Shown: positions 1 through 9,471 of the stretch, piece after piece | How positions within the stretch are numbered: the stretch's first letter is position 1 | Layout: the number at the start of each line of letters is the position of its first letter | Assembly: GCA_036260235.1 (NCBI GenBank) | Contig: DATAAG010000393.1 | Coordinates: 1-51,949, forward strand | DNA from: Longimicrobium sp. | Lineage (GTDB): Bacteria > Gemmatimonadota > Gemmatimonadetes > Longimicrobiales > Longimicrobiaceae | DNA length: 51,949 nucleotides | Direction of reading: 5' to 3' | Notes under the pieces: model-generated | Database searches by the model: none | What the model was told of the DNA's origin: nothing | What the model saw: only the letters and a program-made list of their open reading frames with translations | Translations under genes and position numbers: made by a program

Positions 1-1
1 T

Positions 2-1435
2 CTGCAGGAATACGCGAAGAAGAAGCTGTACGAATTTCGTGATGAGCCTGATCTCTTTCCCCGCTACTCGGTTGATCCGACTCTTCCGAACTCTGTGGCA
101 TCGTTGGTGTGGTTGCCCCGTGTGCAAAGGTCAGCGTCACACGATATCGCATCGCGATGGCGCGCTAGTTTCGAGAACGATCAACTATGGGATCGTATTT
201 TTGCCCGTCTCGGTGCCTCGGGAAGGTCAATAAACAGCCAAGCAGAAAGAGAGATTAGAGAAGTCCCTGAGCGTCTCGAGGGGAGAGCCTTCGTTTATAG
301 CATCGTTGCGCCTCTTCTTCCTACCGGTCTTCACCCTCGTGACAGAACAAACGTCGAGTTATTGATTAGCCAAGGGTATCTATACAGCTACATGGAAGAG
401 TACAGTGCAACGATTCTCGTCGACACTCCTCTAGGAGAGCTGTCCTGTGGAGTTCGTGGGGTGCGGAGCGACGGCAGTCTAATGGCGCTCTCGTTCCGGC
501 GTTACCAGTACTTATTAGGGGTCAGCGGGTTCGGGACGCTACTAAGTGGTGTGTTGGGGTGGAACGGTTTGTTGCAACTCAGACGCAACCTGGCTTTTAG
601 ATGGATCAATCGTCACGTGATTCAAGATGCGGTTGATGGCGCGAGTCGGTTTGAAGATGCGATGCGTACAGCTAGGTTAGATATCAACGCCGTCCGACTA
701 CGTTCCTGGTTCCGGAATCCCTTGCAACTTCTGGCTGACCATGCATGGAGAGTCTACGACAGATTAGGTCCCCTCATTGAGGACGAGGGAAGTAGTCTTG
801 CTGATGTGTCCGGGGGTTCTATTATCAAGCTACGTAAAGCTCGTCGGAGGCGTGTACTGGCCGCGACCGATGATCAGCAACTCATCGTTTTCCACAACCA
901 ACCAGTTAAGCCCATGAAAGAGAAGACGGTCTTTTTGATCCACGGCCGCGATGACCGTGCCTCGCAGGGCATGCGTACTTTTCTGCGCGATTTGGGCTTA
1001 TACCCTCTTGAGTGGGGCCAAGCCGTAAGACTCACAGATTCTGGTTCCCCTTATATCCTTGATGTTGTGAGGGCTGGAATGGAACATTCTCAAGGAGCGC
1101 TCGTGCTTTTTACGCCTGACGAAAAGGTTGAGTTGCGATCGGAACTGTGCCATCCAGGTGAGAACTCCGAGGCGGGGATGCAATCTAGGCCAAATGTTTG
1201 GATAGAAGCTGGGATGGCATTGGCGATGCATCCAAATAGAACAATATTCGTTGAGATAGGCCCCCACCGGTCTGCAAGTGATTTGTCGGGTTTGAGCTTT
1301 GTGAGGCTGAAGAGCGGCAATCCAACAGGACTCTTGGAACTTGCGCAACGACTACAGGGAATCGGGTGCGCGGTGGATCTTAGCGGTACCGATTTCCTCA
1401 AGCGCGACTTGGATGTAACACCAGTAATTCCGTAA
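2..1435 (+). CDS. 5'-truncated protein with C-terminal TIR-like nucleotide-binding domain (CAP12/PF10137-type), putative defence NADase effector
   Basis: Frame is open from base 2 (LQEYAKKKLYEF...), so the start lies upstream of the window. The C-terminal ~160 aa carry VFLIHGRD...LGLYPLEW...ALVLFTPDE...QSRPNVWIEAGMALA, typical of the TIR-like family including the catalytic Glu. N-terminal region unrecognised. Confidence 0.8.
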   Translation: MQEYAKKKLYEFRDEPDLFPRYSVDPTLPNSVASLVWLPRVQRSASHDIASRWRASFENDQLWDRIFARLGASGRSINSQAEREIREVPERLEGRAFVYSIVAPLLPTGLHPRDRTNVELLISQGYLYSYMEEYSATILVDTPLGELSCGVRGVRSDGSLMALSFRRYQYLLGVSGFGTLLSGVLGWNGLLQLRRNLAFRWINRHVIQDAVDGASRFEDAMRTARLDINAVRLRSWFRNPLQLLADHAWRVYDRLGPLIEDEGSSLADVSGGSIIKLRKARRRRVLAATDDQQLIVFHNQPVKPMKEKTVFLIHGRDDRASQGMRTFLRDLGLYPLEWGQAVRLTDSGSPYILDVVRAGMEHSQGALVLFTPDEKVELRSELCHPGENSEAGMQSRPNVWIEAGMALAMHPNRTIFVEIGPHRSASDLSGLSFVRLKSGNPTGLLELAQRLQGIGCAVDLSGTDFLKRDLDVTPVIP

Positions 1436-1527
1436 TCGCCGCGGGGTGGCGAAGGGGCCCGCTGTAAAGCATCGCTCGTCTGCTGCTCGCGAGCACGGGC
1501 GAATCTCCAGACGCAAAACGGTGCCTT

Positions 1528-2145
1528 ATGCAGGACATTGGCAGCACTCACGTGCAGGGTCCTGGCGTGACGAACCCTCTAGCGGACAAAGCGCCGAATG
1601 CGTTAGGCTCCGCCCATGGCCGATTCCAGGTTCTTCATAACGAGCACCTAGAGTATCTGCTTGAAGCGAAACGGCGGTGTCAACACCTGCTAGTCGGTAT
1701 CACGGCCTATGATCTCAATTTTGGTGATTCTGATAACGAAGACCATAGAACACTGGCTACAAACAATCCCTTAACCTACTATGAGCGACAACTTCTGATT
1801 CGGGAGGCGCTACGCGAAAGTGGTGTGGCCTTAACCGACTTTACTGTAGTGCCGTTCCCGATTGAACATCCGCTGGATTTACCGAATTTTATTCCCGTAT
1901 CTGCGACATGCTACACGACCTTGAGGGAGCCGTGGAATTCGGAGAAGATCACGCGGATCCGCCAACTGGGATACAATGTCGAAGTTGTAATTGAAGGCGC
2001 CAAGGCGATTGAAGGAGTCGTGCTTCGTCGGATGATCGTTGAGAAGGACGATCGGTGGAAACAGCTTGTTCCTCCCTCCACTGTCCGATTGGTTGCGGAA
2101 TTTGGGCTTGAAGCACGTCTCCGCACGTTGCTTTCACAGACGTAA
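1528..2145 (+). CDS. Nicotinamide/nicotinate-nucleotide adenylyltransferase-like (cytidylyltransferase superfamily) protein; start may be GTG 1567
   Basis: GRFQVLHNEH (HxGH-like) motif, NNPLTYYER, and C-terminal WKQLVP, as in NadM-type enzymes. Confidence 0.75.
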   Translation: MQDIGSTHVQGPGVTNPLADKAPNALGSAHGRFQVLHNEHLEYLLEAKRRCQHLLVGITAYDLNFGDSDNEDHRTLATNNPLTYYERQLLIREALRESGVALTDFTVVPFPIEHPLDLPNFIPVSATCYTTLREPWNSEKITRIRQLGYNVEVVIEGAKAIEGVVLRRMIVEKDDRWKQLVPPSTVRLVAEFGLEARLRTLLSQT

Positions 2146-2292
2146 ACTGCGGTTCTTTGAGGTGCCTGAGCAAAGGCATCGCTGCGTAGAGGGTGCACGG
2201 TCGCGCTGTTCGTGGAACTGGACTGTGGAATCAGTACTTTGTCACTGGTGGTGAAGATCCGAAGTAGGTTAGAGAATTCGCTTTGACCTGCT

Positions 2293-3369
2293 GTGGATGG
2301 TTCTTATATTTGCGACATTTCGTACTTACGAGTTTCATCCCCTGATGCTATCGTGACTCCCTCGGCCTCACCTGCCCCTCTCCAGCCCGCCGGTCCGGCT
2401 CCTCTGGAGCTACCCCAATCGGAGCTGGCTGATGCGTTGCTGCGCCTCGCCCGAGGGGATCCTACTGACCTTGCGGCGCTTCTGCACGATGTGGAAGTAC
2501 ACGCGACGGTTGAGGGTACTCGCGTCACGTTTCACTGCCACTCAGTCGCACTGGACGGGATGGGGCGACCGCGGGTGAAAGACATAGCGGCTGCGGTTTG
2601 CGAGCGAGCCTTGGAGTTCGCGATACCTCGCGGCGAGATTGCCGCCGCTGACCAACATCACCAGCGCACTGGCTCCCCGGCACGCTTGATCAAGCTGCAC
2701 AACGAAGCGCTCAACCTCTTCACAGATTTAGAGAATTCCGGCGAGGGCGGGGAACTGCTCCTCTTCGTGTTAGCCGAAACGCTCCTCCGCTTGCCGCAGG
2801 TAATTTGTAAGATGAACCTGAAGACGAACACGCGGATGCATGTGCACGGGGCGGATGGCGTACATGCGGGTGTAGATCCAGATACCGAGCGTCTTGCCCT
2901 CTATTGGGGAGAGTCCAAGATCTACGGGGATGCAACGGCAGCAATCCGTGAATGCCTCGCCTCGCTCGCGCCGATGCTGGTCGGGTTCGGACCGGGGGCG
3001 GCACATGAACGGGACCTTCAACTCCTCCAACGCGCGGCCGACTTGGACGATCCAAAGCTGGAGGCTGCGCTCAAGCGGTTCCTCAACCCTCGCGACCCTG
3101 CGTACAACGATTTGGAGTTTCGGGGCCTGTGCCTAGTGGGCTTCGACAGCGATGCGTACCCGACCGCTGTCGCCGCGATGCGTCAGCCGGAGCTGATCGA
3201 AAAGATTCTCTCTCAGCTGCCAGCTTGGAAACGACAGATCGCGAACCGCATTGGGGAAGAAAAGTTGGACGATTTCTCGCTGCACATGATCTGTGTACCC
3301 TTCCCATCTGCGGACTCGTTCCGCCAGTACATGCGTCAGGCGCTTGGAGTGACGAGTGCCGCTGCGTGA
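2293..3369 (+). CDS. hamA: Hachiman antiphage protein HamA (DUF1837 nuclease); start may be GTG 2353
   Basis: SGEGGELLLF...KMNLKTN..MHVHGADGVH...LYWGESKIY motifs of DUF1837; overlaps the downstream helicase gene by 14 nt. Confidence 0.85.
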   Translation: MDGSYICDISYLRVSSPDAIVTPSASPAPLQPAGPAPLELPQSELADALLRLARGDPTDLAALLHDVEVHATVEGTRVTFHCHSVALDGMGRPRVKDIAAAVCERALEFAIPRGEIAAADQHHQRTGSPARLIKLHNEALNLFTDLENSGEGGELLLFVLAETLLRLPQVICKMNLKTNTRMHVHGADGVHAGVDPDTERLALYWGESKIYGDATAAIRECLASLAPMLVGFGPGAAHERDLQLLQRAADLDDPKLEAALKRFLNPRDPAYNDLEFRGLCLVGFDSDAYPTAVAAMRQPELIEKILSQLPAWKRQIANRIGEEKLDDFSLHMICVPFPSADSFRQYMRQALGVTSAAA

Positions 3370-6028
3370 TCTGGCTGGTTGGCTCCTCACCGATCCCACT
3401 TTTGTGGAGCGGTATGAGCGTGTCGTAGTGGAAGCCGCCCGTGCTGAGATGCCGGAGAGGCCTGTAGTGGCGGACCTCCTCACGGAGCAGCACGATTGGG
3501 CATACCTCCTGTTCGCCGCCAGTGTCCTCGCGGTTGCCGAGGAAGCCGATGGAGAGGACCCAGCGCTGAACGATGGCACGTTGGCGGCGCCAGGTGGGAC
3601 GGTCGTGGCATCTGCCCACGCCGCTGCGCTGCGGATCGCGCAACACTGCCTGACACGCGGTGCAGAGGGCGCAGACGCACCTACAGATGCACAGCGCGCC
3701 GCTGCTGTGACGTTATTGGACACCCTCGCGAACCAACCTGCGATCAATCTCGCTATCCGTCGGGAACTCCTCCCTCCTGATGTGGCTCGAAGGCTCCCCC
3801 TTCCGGCACGCATTGAATGGACGCGCCGACAGATTGAGAACGCCGTTCCCTTGGCGAACGACGAGTCGCTAGCCGTAAACCGTTTCCAGCGACGCTTCTG
3901 GTCACAGGTAGAAGCTAACGATTGGATCAGCTTTTCGGCCCCGACGTCCGCCGGAAAGTCGTTCATTATCACGCATTGGCTTATTGATTTCATCCGGCGT
4001 GTACCCCAAGCTCTGGTCGTCTATCTTGTACCCACACGCGCGCTCATCAGTCAGGTGGAGGCCGAGATCACGCGCTTAGTCGGGGCTGCCGGCTTGGAGA
4101 ACGTGTCTGTGTCGTCGCTTCCACTAGCACGGAGTGTCATTCCAGAGCATGCAAATGTGCTGGTGCTTACGCAGGAACGTTTCCACATCCTCCAGACAGC
4201 TGTTGCGGACCTGTCTGTTAACGTGCTGATCGTGGATGAGGCTCATAAAGTCGGGGATGGCCATCGTAGCGTACTCCTCCAGCAGGTGGTGGAGGCAGTC
4301 GCCCGGTCAAACGCCGCGGTGAAGGTGGTCTTCGCGAGTCCTATGACGAGCAACCCGGAAACCCTGGTCCAGGATGCTCCGGCTGGCCGTGTACGTGACT
4401 ACTTCGAGAGTCACGAAGTGACAGTCAGCCAGAATCTTCTGTGGGTATCGCAGGTCCCGCGGCACCCCCGGGAGTGGGCGGTCAGCCTATGCCTACCTGA
4501 CCACCGTGTAGACATTGGAACTCTCCGACTCCATGCAACGCCGTCGAGTTCGGCGAAGCGCCTGTCGTTCGTAGCGCACGCGTTGGGGCAGGCCCGGGCG
4601 GGCAATATTGTGTACGTCAACGGAGCTGCCGACGCGGAGAAGATCGCACTCCAACTGTGGGACCTCCGTGGTCCGGACGGGGACGTGTCCAGAGATGCAC
4701 GGGTGGCGGCGCTTATCGAACTGGCTCAGCGTGTCGTCCACCGCGACTTTCTGCTCGCGCGGGTGCTCGCTCGTGGCGTTGCCTTCCACTATGGCAATCT
4801 ACCGCTTCTCATTCGTGCTGAGGTGGAGCGACTTTTCAGCGAGGGGGTGCTGCACTATCTAGTCTGTACGTCGACCTTGGTGGAAGGCGTGAATATGTCC
4901 TGCCGGAGTATCTTCGTGCGCGGTCCGACGAAGGGACGGGGTCAGCCGATGACGGCAGAGGATTTCTGGAACTTGGCTGGCCGTGCGGGCAGATGGGGGC
5001 GAGAGTTTCAGGGAAATATTGTCTGTATTGATCCCGAAAGGGCCGACGTCTGGCGAGGCGAGGGAGCGCCGTCGGTCCGCCGACGCTACGCCATCCGCCG
5101 CACGGCTGACGTGGTTCTCGCGCGCCCTGACGAGTTAATTGAGTTCGTGCGGGCGGGCACTCCGCGCGCGGAAGCAAGCCGCCGACCGGATTTGGAGTAT
5201 GTATTCTCGTACTTGATGGGTCAGCACCTTCAGTTCGGCTCGATTCTAGATCTCCCGTTAGCGTCTCGGATAGGAGCCGATTCCCTCGCGCGTGTCGCAG
5301 AGGTAATTGGCGAAGCTGCTGCAGGACTGGAAACCCCAGCGTGGGTTGTGGTGCGCAACCCAGGCATCAGTCCGCTAGCTATGGACGCACTGCTGACGCG
5401 CTTCCGCCGACCGGGCCGCGACCCTCTATCTCTTCTTCCCGTAGATCCATCGAGTGAGGATGCGGTGGATGTTTATACACAGATCTTTTCTCGCGTCGCC
5501 GGCCACTTGAATGTCGCCCTCGGTCCAGCTGGGGGCCGCAGCTTCGCTCTGGCGTTGCTTGTAACGCGCTGGATGCGCGGATATCCTCTATCTAGGCTCA
5601 TCACAGATCGCATTCGTCTAGATCGCGAGCGCGGAAAAATGAACGTGGCGGCATCGATTCGTTCAGTGCTCGCGGAGGTTGAGCAGATCGCGCGTTTCGA
5701 GGCGCCACGCAGTCTTGCCTGCTATTCTGATCTACTGCGGGTGTACTTCAGCGAAATTGATCGCCCAGATCTAGCCGAGTCGGTTCCGGACCTCGGGGTG
5801 ATGCTTGAGTTCGGTGTCGCGCAGCAGACGCAGGTTTCGCTGATTGGACTCGGGCTGTCGCGTACGTCCGCAGTCGAACTCGGGGATCTTATCACCGCGG
5901 ACAACTTGGACGAGGAGGGTGCGCTTCGGTGGCTTCGTGAAGGTGTGTGGCGGGAGGCCGATCTACCAGCGTTGGTGAAGACGGAGGTCGAGAACCTGCT
6001 CGCCACCCGAATACCGTTAGCGGGGTAG
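3356..6028 (+). CDS. hamB: Hachiman HamB Ski2-like DEAD/DEAH-box helicase
   Basis: Walker A SAPTSAGKS, DEAH, VAFHYG, CTSTLVEGVN, NLAGRAGR; coupled to the DUF1837 gene. Confidence 0.85.
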   Translation: MPLRDLAGWLLTDPTFVERYERVVVEAARAEMPERPVVADLLTEQHDWAYLLFAASVLAVAEEADGEDPALNDGTLAAPGGTVVASAHAAALRIAQHCLTRGAEGADAPTDAQRAAAVTLLDTLANQPAINLAIRRELLPPDVARRLPLPARIEWTRRQIENAVPLANDESLAVNRFQRRFWSQVEANDWISFSAPTSAGKSFIITHWLIDFIRRVPQALVVYLVPTRALISQVEAEITRLVGAAGLENVSVSSLPLARSVIPEHANVLVLTQERFHILQTAVADLSVNVLIVDEAHKVGDGHRSVLLQQVVEAVARSNAAVKVVFASPMTSNPETLVQDAPAGRVRDYFESHEVTVSQNLLWVSQVPRHPREWAVSLCLPDHRVDIGTLRLHATPSSSAKRLSFVAHALGQARAGNIVYVNGAADAEKIALQLWDLRGPDGDVSRDARVAALIELAQRVVHRDFLLARVLARGVAFHYGNLPLLIRAEVERLFSEGVLHYLVCTSTLVEGVNMSCRSIFVRGPTKGRGQPMTAEDFWNLAGRAGRWGREFQGNIVCIDPERADVWRGEGAPSVRRRYAIRRTADVVLARPDELIEFVRAGTPRAEASRRPDLEYVFSYLMGQHLQFGSILDLPLASRIGADSLARVAEVIGEAAAGLETPAWVVVRNPGISPLAMDALLTRFRRPGRDPLSLLPVDPSSEDAVDVYTQIFSRVAGHLNVALGPAGGRSFALALLVTRWMRGYPLSRLITDRIRLDRERGKMNVAASIRSVLAEVEQIARFEAPRSLACYSDLLRVYFSEIDRPDLAESVPDLGVMLEFGVAQQTQVSLIGLGLSRTSAVELGDLITADNLDEEGALRWLREGVWREADLPALVKTEVENLLATRIPLAG

Positions 6029-6241
6029 CTTTCGCGAGATCGCTCGGTCACCGGGAGTTTCACCGGCAGAAGCGACCGAATAACAGCAAATATGGACATC
6101 CCTGTGCATCTGTGCCAAACGCGTAACAACCTGTAACCAAGTTACTTGGACGAACTGACCCTCCCCTTGCTGGAACGGAGAGCAGACGGGCGACATGTAC
6201 TGAGCCGCGCGGCCGCAAGGCGGAACGGATTCGGTGGATGA

Positions 6242-6277
6242 ACGGCCCCGCTCCCTCGCACGAGGGGGCGGGGCCGT
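6242..6277. terminator. GC-rich hairpin, likely intrinsic/bidirectional terminator between convergent genes
   Basis: acggccccgctccctc-gcac-gagggggcggggccgt inverted repeat. Confidence 0.55.
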
Positions 6278-6473
6278 CTTCAAACCGGTCCCTGGTCGGT
6301 GCATTCTGGCCTACGGGTTCGATCCGCGGACCGGTGCCCGAGAAATGCGGGCGGCGGCATGGGTGACAGGTACCAATCGCCCGTGCCTCTCCGCCCCAGG
6401 GGACAACGTTCCCTGCGGGCGCTGGTGTTGGGCGCTCGTTCCTCGCGCAGCTGGTGGTGACTCGTGCGCCAGG

Positions 6474-6767
6474 TCAGCAGATGTTGCCGTAGGCGCTGCA
6501 CTCCGGCCACCTGCAGCTCTCCACCTCGCCACAGGTAGAGGCTCCCGCGCAGGTCTCCCAACCATAGCAGGTCGCCGTCCCGCAGCCGTTGCACGTCGGG
6601 GTGTTGCACCCACCGCCCGCGCACTCCGATTCCACTCCGCAGCTGTCGCACTCGTCGGTGTGCGGTCCCGACCCCTGCGCGAAAACCGTCCCGGGTCTCT
6701 CCGGGTTCTCGGCCAGGGGGAACGACTCCACCACCAGATCGTCGAGAGTGAGCTTCAGCTTACCCAT
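6474..6767 (-). CDS. Cys-rich RiPP-like precursor peptide (97 aa; leader resembles those annotated 'pinensin family lanthipeptide')
   Basis: Leader MGKLKLTLDDLVVESF...PGTVFAQ, then a core with 12 Cys, several directly preceded by Ser/Thr. Confidence 0.7.
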   Translation of the reverse strand: MGKLKLTLDDLVVESFPLAENPERPGTVFAQGSGPHTDECDSCGVESECAGGGCNTPTCNGCGTATCYGWETCAGASTCGEVESCRWPECSAYGNIC

Positions 6768-7346
6768 GGCGCGCCTCACGGAGAGGGTCCAACGGAATGG
6801 TGGGCTATCCCAGGTCACATTCTACACGCAAGAATTGCGCTTCAAGATCGTCCGTGTCGGGTAAACTCGTGGAGATCATCCGCTCTCTGATCGGGCTTTG
6901 CCAGCGGCTGCGTGGGCGGCCGGTGTGGAGGGCGTACTCGAGCCGGATGAAATCGGCCATGGGCATCGTTGAGGTTTGCACCGGCAAACAGGCGCCTTCC
7001 GAACGGCGGACCGGGCGACGCAGGACGGACCCGCGCGGCGGATCGTCCCCGCCGGCGGCGTGGCGCTGCTGCGGGCGCAGCAGACGCTGCGCGGCCGTTG
7101 CCGCGCAGTGTGATGCGGGTGCGGCGTGCCAGCCGCTGTGCCGCCGATGGCGGACATCCGGGCACTGGCCAGCAACCACGTTCGCGGGGCATGTGGTTCC
7201 GGACCGGGTTTGCCGCGCGCTCCCGGTCTCCAGGTCTGCATGCACAGGCGGACTGGATGCGCAACTCTTGCGCGCTTACCGGAACCGGGTCTTCTTGGGA
7301 GGGGTCAGGCGGATCCGCCTGACCACAAACCTGAGGGAGGTGGACA

Positions 7347-9290
7347 ATGGCACTGAGCTTAACCTGGGGTGGCCGGGCCGACACGAACATCGCCTTTTCC
7401 GAGTTCTTCGCCGCCAACCACACCGTCGCCGCGCGATTCATGCTCCAGTTTGTCAACGTCTACGCCGGGCCCATGCTCGCGGTCCATGGCAGCGGCGTGT
7501 ACTCCATCGGGAACGGCGATGGCGGCGGCGGTGACAACAAGCTCCTTGTCCGCATCGGCACCGGGTCGCTCGACGTCCCGATCTCTGCCAGCTTCAAGGA
7601 AGCCTGGCACCACATCGCCGTCGTCCGCAGCGGCACGACCTGTACCGTCTACCTTGACGGCGTGTCGAAAGGCACCCTGACCATTTCCTCGTCCGGCAAC
7701 CCGAGCGGTACGATCCGCCTGGGACGAAGCGACGAGATCCACCAGCAGTTCTATGGGTTCCTGGACGACGTGGCGGTGTTCAAGGCGGCCCTGTCGGCAT
7801 CCCAGGTGGCATCGCTCGCGGGCGCGACGACGCTCACGGGTACTGAACCGAACCTGCTTGCCGGCTTCGTCTTCGGCGATGGTCCCGGCGGGTCACTGCC
7901 CGCGACGCTGACGCGAGCCGTGACGTACGTCCCCGGGGCCCGCAACGTCACCGTCTCCGCCAACCGCAACAACGCCGCCGATCGTGCGTTGCTGCCGTTG
8001 AGCCTGGTCAGTCACATGCGGCTGCCCTTTGCGCAGGGGCAGATCGCCTCGGTGGGGCAGGGTTTCGGCGACGAGACCATCAGCCACAATGGCTACGCCG
8101 CGTTCTGCTACGACTTCGGGTTTCCCAACAGCGATATCGACGGCTACGTCTTCAAGGCGTCGGCTCCGGGCGCGGTCGCGCACGTGTGGGAAGGCGGACC
8201 GAACACGAGCGCGGGTCCCTCCAACTTCGTAACCATCGAACAGGGCGGCGGCGAGTTCTGCGATTACCTGCACCTGCAGCAGAATTCCTGCGTCGTCAAT
8301 GCCGGACAGACCGTACAGAGAGGCACCGACCTGGCGAAGGTGGGAAGGTCCGGCACGGGCGGTCCGCATCTCCATCAGGCGGTGACGAACCTGGGAGAGC
8401 ACACCACCGACCGCGAGCACTTCGTCACGATCCCGTTTCCGTTCTGCAACTACGAGTACTCCAGCGACTCCGGTGCGTCCTGGCACCACGCCATCCGGGG
8501 CTACCTGAAGAAAGGCCAGTGGGTCCGGAACGGGGCGCCCAGGTCGCCCGTTCGCTACACGGCGGCGTGGGGGCCCGGCACGAGCGGCGAGTTTCAGATC
8601 TACGACGCGCCGTACGCGGCCTACCGCGCGCGCTACGACGAGCTCTGGCCCAAGGGGTGGCGGCTGCACAGCCTCAGCATCGTCGTCGTGAACGACGTGC
8701 CGCTCTACACCGCGGTGTGGCGTCCCGGCACGGGCGGCGAGTTTCAGATCTACGGCGCGACGTACGCGGCCTACCGCGCGCGCTACGACGAACTCTGGCC
8801 CCAGGGCTGGCGGCTCAAGCTCCTGACGCTGTATGTGATCGACGGACAGATCCGCTACACCGCCGCGTGGGCGCCCGGCACGGGCGGCGAGTTCCAGATC
8901 TACGACGCGACGTACGCGGCGTACCGCGCGCGCTACGACGAGCTCTGGCCCCAGGGCTGGCGGCTCAAGCTGATCGACGTGGTCAATGTCAACGGGGAAG
9001 CGCGCTATACGGCGGCCTGGGGGCCGTCGAGTGTCGGGGAGCGTCAGATCTACGGCGCCACGTTCCAGCAGTTCAAGGCCCATTACGACGAGCTCTGGCC
9101 CCAGGGCTGGCGGCTTCGCTTCCTCTCGACCTGGAACTCCGGCGAGGCGCGGATCACGGCCGTCTGGCGCCAGCCCCAGGAGCCCGAGATCTGGGTCCAC
9201 GGCTGGGAGTACGCCGACTTGCGAGCGCGGTACGACGTGCTCTGGCAGCAGGGCTGGCGCCTGAAGGTCCTGGATCGCTTCACCGTGTGA
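7347..9290 (+). CDS. LamG-like jellyroll + M23 metallopeptidase + five C-terminal ~50-aa tandem repeats (BTRD1/polyglycine-hydrolase-like)
   Basis: RBS GGAGG. WHHIAVVR...VYLDG...FYGFLDDVAVF (LamG); SH..YDF, YLHL and GPHLH (M23); repeats RYTAAW...YDELWPQGWRL. Confidence 0.8.
   Translation: MALSLTWGGRADTNIAFSEFFAANHTVAARFMLQFVNVYAGPMLAVHGSGVYSIGNGDGGGGDNKLLVRIGTGSLDVPISASFKEAWHHIAVVRSGTTCTVYLDGVSKGTLTISSSGNPSGTIRLGRSDEIHQQFYGFLDDVAVFKAALSASQVASLAGATTLTGTEPNLLAGFVFGDGPGGSLPATLTRAVTYVPGARNVTVSANRNNAADRALLPLSLVSHMRLPFAQGQIASVGQGFGDETISHNGYAAFCYDFGFPNSDIDGYVFKASAPGAVAHVWEGGPNTSAGPSNFVTIEQGGGEFCDYLHLQQNSCVVNAGQTVQRGTDLAKVGRSGTGGPHLHQAVTNLGEHTTDREHFVTIPFPFCNYEYSSDSGASWHHAIRGYLKKGQWVRNGAPRSPVRYTAAWGPGTSGEFQIYDAPYAAYRARYDELWPKGWRLHSLSIVVVNDVPLYTAVWRPGTGGEFQIYGATYAAYRARYDELWPQGWRLKLLTLYVIDGQIRYTAAWAPGTGGEFQIYDATYAAYRARYDELWPQGWRLKLIDVVNVNGEARYTAAWGPSSVGERQIYGATFQQFKAHYDELWPQGWRLRFLSTWNSGEARITAVWRQPQEPEIWVHGWEYADLRARYDVLWQQGWRLKVLDRFTV
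8553..9280 (+). repeat. Five intragenic ~150-bp tandem repeats encoding the BTRD1-like units
   Basis: Units start near 8553, 8703, 8853, 9003 and 9150, sharing near-identical tacgacgagctctggccccagggctggcgg. Confidence 0.85.
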
Positions 9291-9415
9291 TGGCGCATCA
9301 TCCGCCCGATCACCCGGCAGGGTCGAAGCGGCGCAAAGGCCGAGCGGGCCCGGTGGATGACGAGACCGGCGGAGGGCTCAGGCTCTCCGCCGGTTCATTC
9401 TACTCGGATGACGAC

Positions 9416-9449
9416 ACCGCCCCCGCGACGACGTGTCGCGGGGGGCGGT
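9416..9449. terminator. GC-rich hairpin downstream of the minus-strand peptide genes
   Basis: accgcccccgcgac-gacgt-gtcgcggggggcggt imperfect inverted repeat. Confidence 0.45.
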
Positions 9450-9471
9450 TCCGTCCATTCGTTCGTCCACC

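Noticed and set aside
6800-7340. Several overlapping ORFs between the RiPP-like precursor and the M23 gene
   Set aside because: No consistent codon bias or motif; treated as intergenic or decayed sequence.
8553-9280. Regularly spaced repeats resembling a CRISPR array
   Set aside because: The period is 150 bp, in frame inside a CDS, the intervening parts are also homologous, and there are no cas genes.
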